Shown here: positions 56,707 through 64,000 of the stretch, piece by piece | Layout: every line of letters begins with the position of its first letter | How positions within the stretch are numbered: the first letter of the stretch is position 1 | DNA from: an uncultured Actinomycetes bacterium | Lineage (GTDB): Bacteria; Actinomycetota; UBA4738; HRBIN12 | Assembly (NCBI GenBank): GCA_963850315.1 | Contig: CAWKKN010000007.1 | Coordinates: 146,719-210,718 of the forward strand | Length of the DNA: 64,000 nt | Reading direction: 5' to 3' | Notes under the pieces: model-generated | What the model was told of the DNA's origin: nothing | The model's database searches: none | What the model saw: only the letters and a program-made list of their open reading frames with translations | Position numbers and translations under genes: made by a program

Positions 56707-57105
56707 ATGTCCATGCTGCAAGCATTCCTCACGCCCCGGCGCACCGTCCACGCGCACTGCGATCTGCCGTGCGGTGTCTACGATCCGGCACAGGCGCGGA
56801 TCGAGGCGGAGTCGGTGAAGGCGTGCCAAGAGAAGTACCAGGGCAACGACGACCCCGTGTTCCGTGAGCGCGCGGTCGGCATCAAGGAGCAGCGCGCGAC
56901 GATGGTCAAGGAGCATCTGTGGGTGCTGTGGACCGATTACTTCAAGCCCGAGCACGTGGAGAAGTTCCCCGACCTGCACGACAAGTTCTGGAAGGCGACG
57001 AAGCTCGCGGGCGACGCGAAGAAGTCGCTGGACCCGGCGCAGGGCCAACAACTCCTGGACGCGATCGACGATCTCGCCAAGATCTTCTGGGAGACGAAGT
57101 CCTAA
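56707..57105 (+). CDS. sodN: Nickel superoxide dismutase precursor
   Basis: Leader followed by Ni-hook HCDLPCGVYDP; HLWVLWTDYFK; RBS GGAGG. Confidence 0.97.
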   Translation: MSMLQAFLTPRRTVHAHCDLPCGVYDPAQARIEAESVKACQEKYQGNDDPVFRERAVGIKEQRATMVKEHLWVLWTDYFKPEHVEKFPDLHDKFWKATKLAGDAKKSLDPAQGQQLLDAIDDLAKIFWETKS

Positions 57106-57114
57106 CGACATGAC

Positions 57115-57145
57115 GAGGGCCCGGAGCTCTTCACCCCGGGCCCTC
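57115..57145 (+). terminator. Stem-loop after sodN
   Basis: GAGGGCCCGG-N11-CCGGGCCCTC, followed by GTTCT. Confidence 0.75.
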
Positions 57146-57435
57146 GTTCTCACCAGACCGGGTCCTCTCACGGGAGGACGAGATGCCGGCGGGCCGGGGC
57201 CGTCGGAACCGCCGGCCCACCGGACGGCCGTGTCCGCGTGAATGGGCGGACGCAGCGGACCCGGCGAGGCGGAGTGGGTCTGGCGGCACCCCGCCCCGCC
57301 TGGTCTCAGGGTCGTACATCGGCATCGGGCGCTCCGATGCCATAGGGACCGAATGTCGGAATCTCATGGCCGAACGCTCGATACTGCCCATCTCGCGGGG
57401 GACGGCCCGAGGCCAACACCGGTAGCCTCGGAGCG

Positions 57436-58416
57436 ATGAAGGACATCGGGCTGGTCGGCGTGCCGTTCAGTGGGAAGTCCACGCTGTTCACAGCGCTCAC
57501 ACGCGCGGGCTCGCACGGCGGGCACGCGAACGTGGCCGTCGTGCCGGTGCCCGACCCACGGTTGGGCGTCCTCACCGCCATGGAGCGATCGGCGAAGACG
57601 GTTGCAGCGCAAGTGCGGTTCGTCGACGTCCCGGGCGGGACCTCCAGCGCGCAGGGGATCGCGAAGCTGCGAGAGGTCGACGCGCTCGCCGTGGTGATCC
57701 GGTGCTTCGGACCCGATCTCAGCCCCTCCGTGGAGCTGGGCAGCGTGCGCACGGACCTGCTCCTGGCCGACCTCGCGGTCATCGACTCGGCGTTGACGAA
57801 AGCCGAGAAGCGCGCGAAGAACAAGGTCAACGACGAGGTGGCGACGCTGCGGAAGGCCAAGGCCTCGCTGGAAGTTGAGACGCCCTTGCGCGGGGCCGGG
57901 CTGGAGCCACAGGAGGTGGAGCTGCTCAAGGGGATCGCTCCGCTCACCTTGAAGCCCGAGCTGGTGGTGGCCAACCTCGAGGAGGGACTCGAGGTCCCCG
58001 AAGCGCTCATGCCGGAGAGCGCGGTGGGCGTCTACTCCTCGATCGAGGCCGAGACCGCCGAGATGGATCCGCAGGAGGCGCGCGCCCTCTTGGAGGAGTT
58101 CGGCGTGAAGGAGCCGGGCCTCGAGCAGGTGATCCACGCGGGGTACCGTGCGCTCGACCTCATCACGTTCCTCACGACGGGCGAGGACGAGACACGCGCC
58201 TGGGAGGTACGACGCGGCGCGCACGCGCCCGAGGCCGCCGCCGTGATCCACACCGACCTGGAGCGCGGCTTCATCCGCGCCGAGGTCATCGCCTACGACG
58301 AGCTGGTGGCGCAGGGCTCCATGGAGAAGGCGAAGGCCGCCGGCAAGATCCGCGTCGAGGGCAAGGACTACGCCGTCGCCGAGGGCGACATCCTCCACGT
58401 CCGCTTCGCCGTCTAG
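57436..58416 (+). CDS. YchF/Obg-family ATPase, atypical short form
   Basis: GLVGVPFSGKST, VPVPDPRL, TGS-domain TGEDETRAW..IHTDLERGFIRAEV..EGKDY; TAGCCT 7 nt before the ATG. Confidence 0.85.
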   Translation: MKDIGLVGVPFSGKSTLFTALTRAGSHGGHANVAVVPVPDPRLGVLTAMERSAKTVAAQVRFVDVPGGTSSAQGIAKLREVDALAVVIRCFGPDLSPSVELGSVRTDLLLADLAVIDSALTKAEKRAKNKVNDEVATLRKAKASLEVETPLRGAGLEPQEVELLKGIAPLTLKPELVVANLEEGLEVPEALMPESAVGVYSSIEAETAEMDPQEARALLEEFGVKEPGLEQVIHAGYRALDLITFLTTGEDETRAWEVRRGAHAPEAAAVIHTDLERGFIRAEVIAYDELVAQGSMEKAKAAGKIRVEGKDYAVAEGDILHVRFAV

Positions 58417-58483
58417 GAGCGAGGGCATCCGCCGAGGGCGCCTCCTCCGGCTCACATGGATGGCCGCTATCCTGCGAACCATC

Positions 58484-58870
58484 GTGGACAACTACCGCAT
58501 CGGAGAGGCCGCGAAGGCTCTCGGCGTGCGCGTGGAGACGCTTCGGCGCTGGGAGCGCAGTGGCAGGCTCGCCACGCAACGCACCCGCGGAGGCCAACGG
58601 GTGATCCCCGGCGCCGAGGTCGCCAGACTTCTGTCCGAACGGAGCGGTCAACAGCCGATCGCCGCCGGCAGCGCGCGGAACCGATTCCCGGGCGTCATCA
58701 CCGAGATCAAACGGGACAAGCTGAGCGCGACGGTCGAGATCCAGGCAGGGCCGCATCGGGTCCTTGCGTTCATCACGCGCGAGGCCGTCGATCAGCTCGG
58801 GCTCGAGGTGGGGATGGAGGCCGTCGCCACCGTGAAAGCCACCAGCGTGATGGTCAACCTCCCCGAGTAG
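58484..58870 (+). CDS. MerR-type HTH plus TOBE domain regulator (ModE-like)
   Basis: YRIGEAAKALGVRVETLRRW, SARNRFPG, VATVKATSVMV. Confidence 0.88.
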   Translation: MDNYRIGEAAKALGVRVETLRRWERSGRLATQRTRGGQRVIPGAEVARLLSERSGQQPIAAGSARNRFPGVITEIKRDKLSATVEIQAGPHRVLAFITREAVDQLGLEVGMEAVATVKATSVMVNLPE

Positions 58871-59006
58871 TCTCGGTCAACTTCGCCGCCTTCGACGACC
58901 TCGCGTCGCAGGTCGAGTTCTAGGGCGGCGCCGGCGTGTTCGCCTCGGCGAGCGGTAAGTACATCAAGTACATGGTGGGGCTGCACATCCCGGGTACCCT
59001 TTGCGG

Positions 59007-59681
59007 GTGAAGACGACCCCCGAGCGCAGCTCGCTCGAGGCTCCTAAGCCCGACGCCGGCCCGAAGAAGAAGCCCCGCAACCGCGTCCTGAAGTTCATGG
59101 GCGAGCTGCCAGGCCTCGTCATCATGGCCTTCATCCTGGCCCTGCTGATCAAGACCTTCCTCTTCCAGGCCTTCTACATCCCGTCCGGATCCATGGAGCC
59201 CACGCTGCACGGTTGCACGGGTTGCACGGGCGATCGCATCCTGGTCGACAAGATCCCCTATTACTTCCACGACCCGCACCGCGGGGACATCATCGTGTTC
59301 TCCGACCCCAAGCCCGCAGCCGAGCCCAGCCGCGGCGCGATCGGCGGTTTCTTCCACTGGCTGTTCCAGGGCCTCGGGGTCCAGCACCCGACCAACGAGG
59401 ACTTCGTGAAGCGGGTGATCGGCCTGCCCGGTGACACCGTCTGGGCTCAAGGCGGCAGCGTCTACGTCGACGGGACGAAGCTCGACGAGCCCTACCTCAC
59501 CCAGAAGACGGCGGACTTCCAACGGACCCACGTCCCCCCCGGAGAGCTGTTCGTGATGGGCGACAACCGATCCGACTCGCTGGACTCGCGGTTCGGGCTC
59601 GGATTCATCCCGATCAACAAGGTGATAGGGAAGGCGCAGCTGATCATCTGGCCGCCCTCTCGCTTCGGCTTGTTGCACTAG
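59007..59681 (+). CDS. lepB: Signal peptidase I
   Basis: YIPSGSMEPTL, GDRILV, FVKRVIG, MGDNRSDSLDSR; TACCCT 6 nt before the GTG. Confidence 0.95.
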   Translation: MKTTPERSSLEAPKPDAGPKKKPRNRVLKFMGELPGLVIMAFILALLIKTFLFQAFYIPSGSMEPTLHGCTGCTGDRILVDKIPYYFHDPHRGDIIVFSDPKPAAEPSRGAIGGFFHWLFQGLGVQHPTNEDFVKRVIGLPGDTVWAQGGSVYVDGTKLDEPYLTQKTADFQRTHVPPGELFVMGDNRSDSLDSRFGLGFIPINKVIGKAQLIIWPPSRFGLLH

Positions 59682-62007
59682 CTCCGGATCCCGGACCGAC
59701 GGGTCGCTCGCCCGGCACGAACAGGCGCGCGAACGACCACACCAACGCCGCGATGCCGAAGGCGGCCAGCCACACCAGGGTCGGTGGCACGGACAGCGCG
59801 AAGAAGGTGCGGGCCGCGGGGACCTTGAGGATCAGCAGGAACAGTCCCGCCATCGACCACACCAGCGCCATTCGCCCTCGCGTGAGGGGTGCCGCGAGGA
59901 TCGACAGCACCAGCAACCCGATGAACGTCAGCACCATCACCGCGGTGGTGCGCGCCTGCGCCAGCGTCACTCCCGGATCGTTCTTCGCCAGGGTATAGGC
60001 GACGAACGTGGCGATTGCGGCGAGAGACCCGGTGGGGATCGCGAACCGCAGAACGCGTCCGACGAACCCGGGACGGAACCGCTCTGTGTTGGGAGCGAGG
60101 GCGAGGAAGAACGACGGGATGCCGATCGTGATCGCGCCGACGAGGGTGAGGTGCCGGGGCAGGAAGGGGAACGCGAGTCCCGCGACGCCCACGGCGAGCG
60201 AGATCAGGCACGCGTAGACGGTCTTGTTGAGGTAGAGCCCGGCGGTCCGCTCGATGTTGCCGAGCACACGGCGCCCCTCTGCCACCACCGAGGGGAGCGC
60301 GTCGAAGGTCGAGTCGAGCAGGATCAGTTGCGCGACGGCGCGCGTGGCATCGCTGCCCGATCCCATCGCCACGCCGATGTCGGCCTCCTTCAACGCGAGC
60401 GCGTCGTTGACACCGTCTCCGGTCATCGCGACGGTGTGCCCGCGTTCGCGGAGGGCCCGCACCATGACGCGCTTCTGCTGCGGGGTAACTCGGCCGAATA
60501 CGGTGCGGGCTTCCACCTCATCGGCGAACGCCCCCGGATCGTCGGGAAGCGCCCGTGCGTCGATGGGATCGGCGGCTCCTTCGAGCCCGAGTGATGACGC
60601 GATCGCACTCACGGTGGTCGGGTCGTCGCCCGAGATGACCTTGACCGTCACCCGCGCCTGCGCGAAATACGCAAGCGTCTCAGCGGCGTCGGCGCGCACG
60701 CGATCGCCGAGCACGACAACGGCGGCGGGTGTCATGGAGGAGGGAAGCGTGTCGGCGGTGAGCGCGGCCGCGGCGGCGAGCAGGAGGACACGGTTCCCGG
60801 CTTCGGTCTCACGTCGCACGGCACCGAGGAGATCGGTGCCCTCCGGCATCAGGACGTCGGGCGCGCCCAGGATCCACGCACCACGGTCGCCGAAGGCCCA
60901 TCCGCTCCACTTGCGCGCCGACGAGAACGGCACGGAGTCGGTCGGCTCCCACCCGGCGGGAGCCTGGGGGAACCGACGGCCGATCGCGCGCATCGTGGCG
61001 TTGGGCGTCGGGTCGTTGGCGGCGAGCGCGGCCAGCACATCCTCGACGCCAGCTGCGCCCGCCATCGGGTCGACCCGCCGCACGTTGAGCCTGCCTTCGG
61101 TGAGCGTTCCCGTCTTGTCGATGCAGAGCACGTCCACACGAGCGAGCCCCTCGACCGCCGCCAGCTCCTGTACGAGCACGCGGCGGCGGGCCAACCGCAT
61201 GACGGCCACCGCGAACGCAAGCGAGGTCAGCAGCACCAGGCCCTCGGGCACCATCGCCACGGTTCCCGCGACGGCCCCGGACACGGCATGGCGCCAGCCG
61301 TCCTTCAGCCGCAGCTGGCTCACGAACAGCAGCACGGCCGTCGGCACGATCGCGTACGTGACGTAGGTGAGGATCCGATCGATCCCGCTCCGGAGCTCCG
61401 AGTGGGTCAGCGTGAAGCGGCGTGCTTCGATCGTGAGCTTCGCGGCATAGGCATCCATGCCGACGCGGGTCGCGCGGTACCGCCCCGTCCCCGCCGCCGC
61501 GAACGAGCCCGACAGCACCTCGTCCCCGACGTCCTTCGCTACGGGGTCCGCCTCCCCGGTCAGGAGCGATTCGTCGATCTCGAGGCCCTCGGCGAGCAGG
61601 ACGGCGCCGTCCACCACGACCTGGGAACCGGGGGCGAGCTCCACCACGTCGTCGGCGACTACGTCGTTGAGGGCGACGTCTCGAACCTCGGCGTCGCGCA
61701 CGACTCGCGCCTTCGGCGCCGTGAGCAGGGTCAGCCGGTCCAGGGTGCGCTTGGCGCGGAGCTCCTGCACGATCCCGATCCCCGCATTCGCCACGAGCAC
61801 GAAGCCGAACAGCGCGTCCTGGGGTGGGCCCACCACGAGGATGATCGCGAGCATCGAGCCGAGGATCGCGTTGAAGCGCGTGAAGATGTTGGCGCTGACG
61901 ATCTGGCGGACCGTCCGCGTCGGCGCCGAGGGGACGTCGTTCACGCGACCCGCGCGGACCCTCTCTCGGACCTCCGCGCTGCTGAGCCCGTCCCGCGTCG
62001 CCCTCAA
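59644..62007 (-). CDS. Cation-transporting P-type ATPase (CtpE-like)
   Basis: DESLLTGE, VPEGL, DKTGT, SGDDP, MTGDGVND; TTGA overlap with the upstream gene. Confidence 0.93.
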   Translation of the reverse strand: MRATRDGLSSAEVRERVRAGRVNDVPSAPTRTVRQIVSANIFTRFNAILGSMLAIILVVGPPQDALFGFVLVANAGIGIVQELRAKRTLDRLTLLTAPKARVVRDAEVRDVALNDVVADDVVELAPGSQVVVDGAVLLAEGLEIDESLLTGEADPVAKDVGDEVLSGSFAAAGTGRYRATRVGMDAYAAKLTIEARRFTLTHSELRSGIDRILTYVTYAIVPTAVLLFVSQLRLKDGWRHAVSGAVAGTVAMVPEGLVLLTSLAFAVAVMRLARRRVLVQELAAVEGLARVDVLCIDKTGTLTEGRLNVRRVDPMAGAAGVEDVLAALAANDPTPNATMRAIGRRFPQAPAGWEPTDSVPFSSARKWSGWAFGDRGAWILGAPDVLMPEGTDLLGAVRRETEAGNRVLLLAAAAALTADTLPSSMTPAAVVVLGDRVRADAAETLAYFAQARVTVKVISGDDPTTVSAIASSLGLEGAADPIDARALPDDPGAFADEVEARTVFGRVTPQQKRVMVRALRERGHTVAMTGDGVNDALALKEADIGVAMGSGSDATRAVAQLILLDSTFDALPSVVAEGRRVLGNIERTAGLYLNKTVYACLISLAVGVAGLAFPFLPRHLTLVGAITIGIPSFFLALAPNTERFRPGFVGRVLRFAIPTGSLAAIATFVAYTLAKNDPGVTLAQARTTAVMVLTFIGLLVLSILAAPLTRGRMALVWSMAGLFLLILKVPAARTFFALSVPPTLVWLAAFGIAALVWSFARLFVPGERPVGPGSGASATSRSERAAR

Positions 62008-63404
62008 CCGATCAGTCCGTGTTCCTTCGCCCAGGTGTCCAGCAGCGCGAACGCTTCGTCCTGTGGAACGGGGCCGCGCTCCAACCGGACCTCCATCAGA
62101 TAGGCGAGGGCCTCTCCCACCTGTGGCCCGGGCTCGAGGCCGAGCCGTTCCATGACCTGCGTGCCGTCGAGCGAAGGCCGCATGGCCTCCAGGTTCTCTT
62201 CCTCGGCGAGCCGGGCGATCCGCTCCTCGAGGTCGTCCTGCAGCTCCGCGAAGCGGCGCGCTCGCTGCTCGTTCCGGGTGGTGCAGTCGGCGCGTGTGAG
62301 CTGGTTCAACCGGTCGAGCAGTGGGCCGGCGTCGCGAACGTAGCGGCGCACCGCGCTGTCCGTCCAACCCTCCCCGTACCCGTGGAACCGCAGATGCATC
62401 TCCACGAGCTTGACGACGTCGTCGATGACGGCGTTCGGATACCGGAGCTCCTGCAGTCGCACCTGCGCCAGACGCGCGCCGACGACCTCGTGATGGTGGA
62501 ACTGCACGCCGTCCGGCGTGATCTGGCGGGTTGCCGGTTTCCCGACGTCGTGCAACAGGGCGGCGAGCCGCAGCACGGGGTCGGGCTCACACCGTTCCAC
62601 CACGGCGTAGGTGTGCCGCAACACGTCCTTGTGGCGGTGCACCGGATCCTGCTCGAGACGCAACTTCGACAGCTCCGGGATGAACTCGTCCGACAGCCCC
62701 GTGTTCACGAGCAGCTCCAATCCCGCTCCCGGCCGCGCGGACACCAGGAGCTTGGTCAACTCCTCGGCGATGCGCTCCGCCGACACGATCCGCAGTCGGT
62801 CGTGCATGGCGGCGATCGCCTCGAGCGTGCGCGGCGTGAGGCTGACGCCCAGCTGCGCTACGAACCGCGCGGCGCGCAACATGCGCAAGGGGTCGTCACC
62901 GAAGGACTCCTCCGGCTCGAGCGGAGTGTCGAGCGTCTTCGCCGCGAGGTGGCGCACGCCACCGAACGGGTCGACGAACTCGCCGGAGGGCAACCGGATC
63001 GCCATCGCGTTGATCGTGAAGTCGCGTCGTGACAGGTCGGTCTCCACGTCCTTCGCGAACGTCACCGCCGGCTTGCGATGCGCTTCGGCGTAGACGTCCT
63101 GGCGAAACGTCGTGATCTCTAGACGCTGTCCGTCCTTCAGCGCCCCCACCGTCCCGTACTTCACCCCCACGAGGTATTGGCGCTCGGCCCAGGGGCGGAG
63201 CACGCGCATGATCTCCAGCGGTGGGGCGTCGGTGGAGAAATCGAGGTCCGACTCCGGGACGATCCGTCCGAGCACGAGGTCACGCACCGAACCCCCCACC
63301 AGGAACAACTGATGGCCGGCAGCGTCGAAGCGGTCACCCAGCTCTTGCGCGAGAGGATCGACCTCGATGACGGCGGCCGTGGGCGACTGCGTCGGCTCGG
63401 TCAT
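62004..63404 (-). CDS. CCA tRNA nucleotidyltransferase with HD domain
   Basis: LVGGSVRD, DLDFST, DLSRRDFTINAM, DDPLRMLR, ERIAEE, HKDV, LLHDVGKP. Confidence 0.95.
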   Translation of the reverse strand: MTEPTQSPTAAVIEVDPLAQELGDRFDAAGHQLFLVGGSVRDLVLGRIVPESDLDFSTDAPPLEIMRVLRPWAERQYLVGVKYGTVGALKDGQRLEITTFRQDVYAEAHRKPAVTFAKDVETDLSRRDFTINAMAIRLPSGEFVDPFGGVRHLAAKTLDTPLEPEESFGDDPLRMLRAARFVAQLGVSLTPRTLEAIAAMHDRLRIVSAERIAEELTKLLVSARPGAGLELLVNTGLSDEFIPELSKLRLEQDPVHRHKDVLRHTYAVVERCEPDPVLRLAALLHDVGKPATRQITPDGVQFHHHEVVGARLAQVRLQELRYPNAVIDDVVKLVEMHLRFHGYGEGWTDSAVRRYVRDAGPLLDRLNQLTRADCTTRNEQRARRFAELQDDLEERIARLAEEENLEAMRPSLDGTQVMERLGLEPGPQVGEALAYLMEVRLERGPVPQDEAFALLDTWAKEHGLIG

Positions 63405-63454
63405 GACGGCACGAGGATACTCACCCCGGCCGCGCACACCTATGCTCGCTGCCG

Positions 63455-64000
63455 ATGCTCATGCGACGTCGCGCGGCGGGCGCCTTGCTCCTAGCTCTCC
63501 TCTGGTGCTCGGTTCCCGTCGTCGCGCGCGCATCCCCGCCGTGGGCGGTGGCGATCGTCGCGACCGACCCCGCTACGCGCGAGGTGGGGGCGGCCGGGGC
63601 CGACTGCGCCCCCGAAGACGCTGCCTCGATGACCAGCATCGTGCCGGGCCGCGGCGCCGCGGCAACGGTTCCCAACGACCCCCGGGCGTCCGATCGGTTC
63701 TTCGCCGCCCTGGCGACCGACGATGCGGCGCACGCGCTCACCTCGACCCGGCGCCATACGTCCGGGATCGCCGGCCACGTGTTCGCGGCGGCCACCTTGG
63801 GCGACGTCGGGGCGACGTGGGTCGGCAGGGACGTGGCGGGGGGCGGCGAGTGGGTCGGTCCCGGCGCTGCAGAGGTGACCGTCGGCGTGGCGCCGGGGGT
63901 CCTCACACGGGGGGCCGACGCCCTCGGACGCCACGCGAGCCTCACGCAACGCCTTCTGAGCGCGCTGGAGATGACCGCCGCCGGTCACGATTGTCACGGA
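63455..64000 (+). CDS. Secreted DUF1028/Ntn-hydrolase-like protein (runs off the window)
   Basis: Open frame to the window end: MLMRRRAAGALLLALLW...ASPPWAVAIVATDPATREVGAAGADC..IVPGRGAAAT; TATGCT at 63441-46. Confidence 0.55.
   Translation, partial: MLMRRRAAGALLLALLWCSVPVVARASPPWAVAIVATDPATREVGAAGADCAPEDAASMTSIVPGRGAAATVPNDPRASDRFFAALATDDAAHALTSTRRHTSGIAGHVFAAATLGDVGATWVGRDVAGGGEWVGPGAAEVTVGVAPGVLTRGADALGRHASLTQRLLSALEMTAAGHDCHG

Noticed and set aside
56244-57105. Divergent sodX/sodN pair as a novelty
   Set aside because: A well-characterised NiSOD maturation pair
57285-57312. CTGAGA and GGGGTGCC on the minus strand suggesting a TPP riboswitch
   Set aside because: Elements are in the wrong order, and the ACCTGAT/AGGGA parts are absent
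57131-57391. 86-aa minus-strand ORF between sodN and ychF
   Set aside because: No RBS or family motif, and the composition looks like non-coding GC-rich DNA
59206-59235. TGCACGGG-type repeat in lepB
   Set aside because: Encodes the HGCTGCTGD insertion usual in actinobacterial signal peptidase I
1-64000. CRISPR array, rRNA, tRNA, integrase or transposase
   Set aside because: No repeat-spacer series, tRNA T-loop in cloverleaf context or mobile-element motif was seen by eye; GTTCGAGTCC near 32760 is msrB coding sequence

Overview
64 kb of a very GC-rich (~70% by eye) chromosome. Marker genes point to Actinomycetota: PadR-ino1, NiSOD sodN/sodX, PAC2, a LigC-like gene, a Mycobacterium-type PhoP-like regulator, a 6C RNA motif and many leaderless starts. 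The lineage is inferred, not searched. The window is mostly core/housekeeping plus small accessory modules: a kdp K+ locus, K+-independent H+-PPase, GT-C/LCP/flippase envelope genes, MrfA-type helicase, STAND adenylate cyclase, RR-HK-HtrA, a cobalamin-riboswitch ECF operon, tusA-dsrE, sodN, ychF-like, lepB, a CtpE-like ATPase and the CCA enzyme. I saw no rRNA, tRNA, CRISPR array, integrase or transposase. Best candidates for something new: (1) a full-length LigC homologue with most ligase catalytic residues replaced; (2) a B12-riboswitch ECF operon led by two exported proteins that together mimic the alpha-barrel plus beta-domain architecture of animal transcobalamin, followed by a His-rich mini-protein; (3) an unannotated Cys-Cys leader peptide and hairpin switch upstream of tusA-dsrE; (4) an RHH/Doc pair with a degenerate Fic motif; (5) an ScbR-like repressor with a perfect ARE-like operator over two flavoenzymes. 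Caveat: five clear single-base +1 frameshifts (plus one probable) and four internal deletions clustered at 15.1-18.4 kb may be sequencing or assembly artefacts. All family calls come from motif recognition by eye; no database was run.
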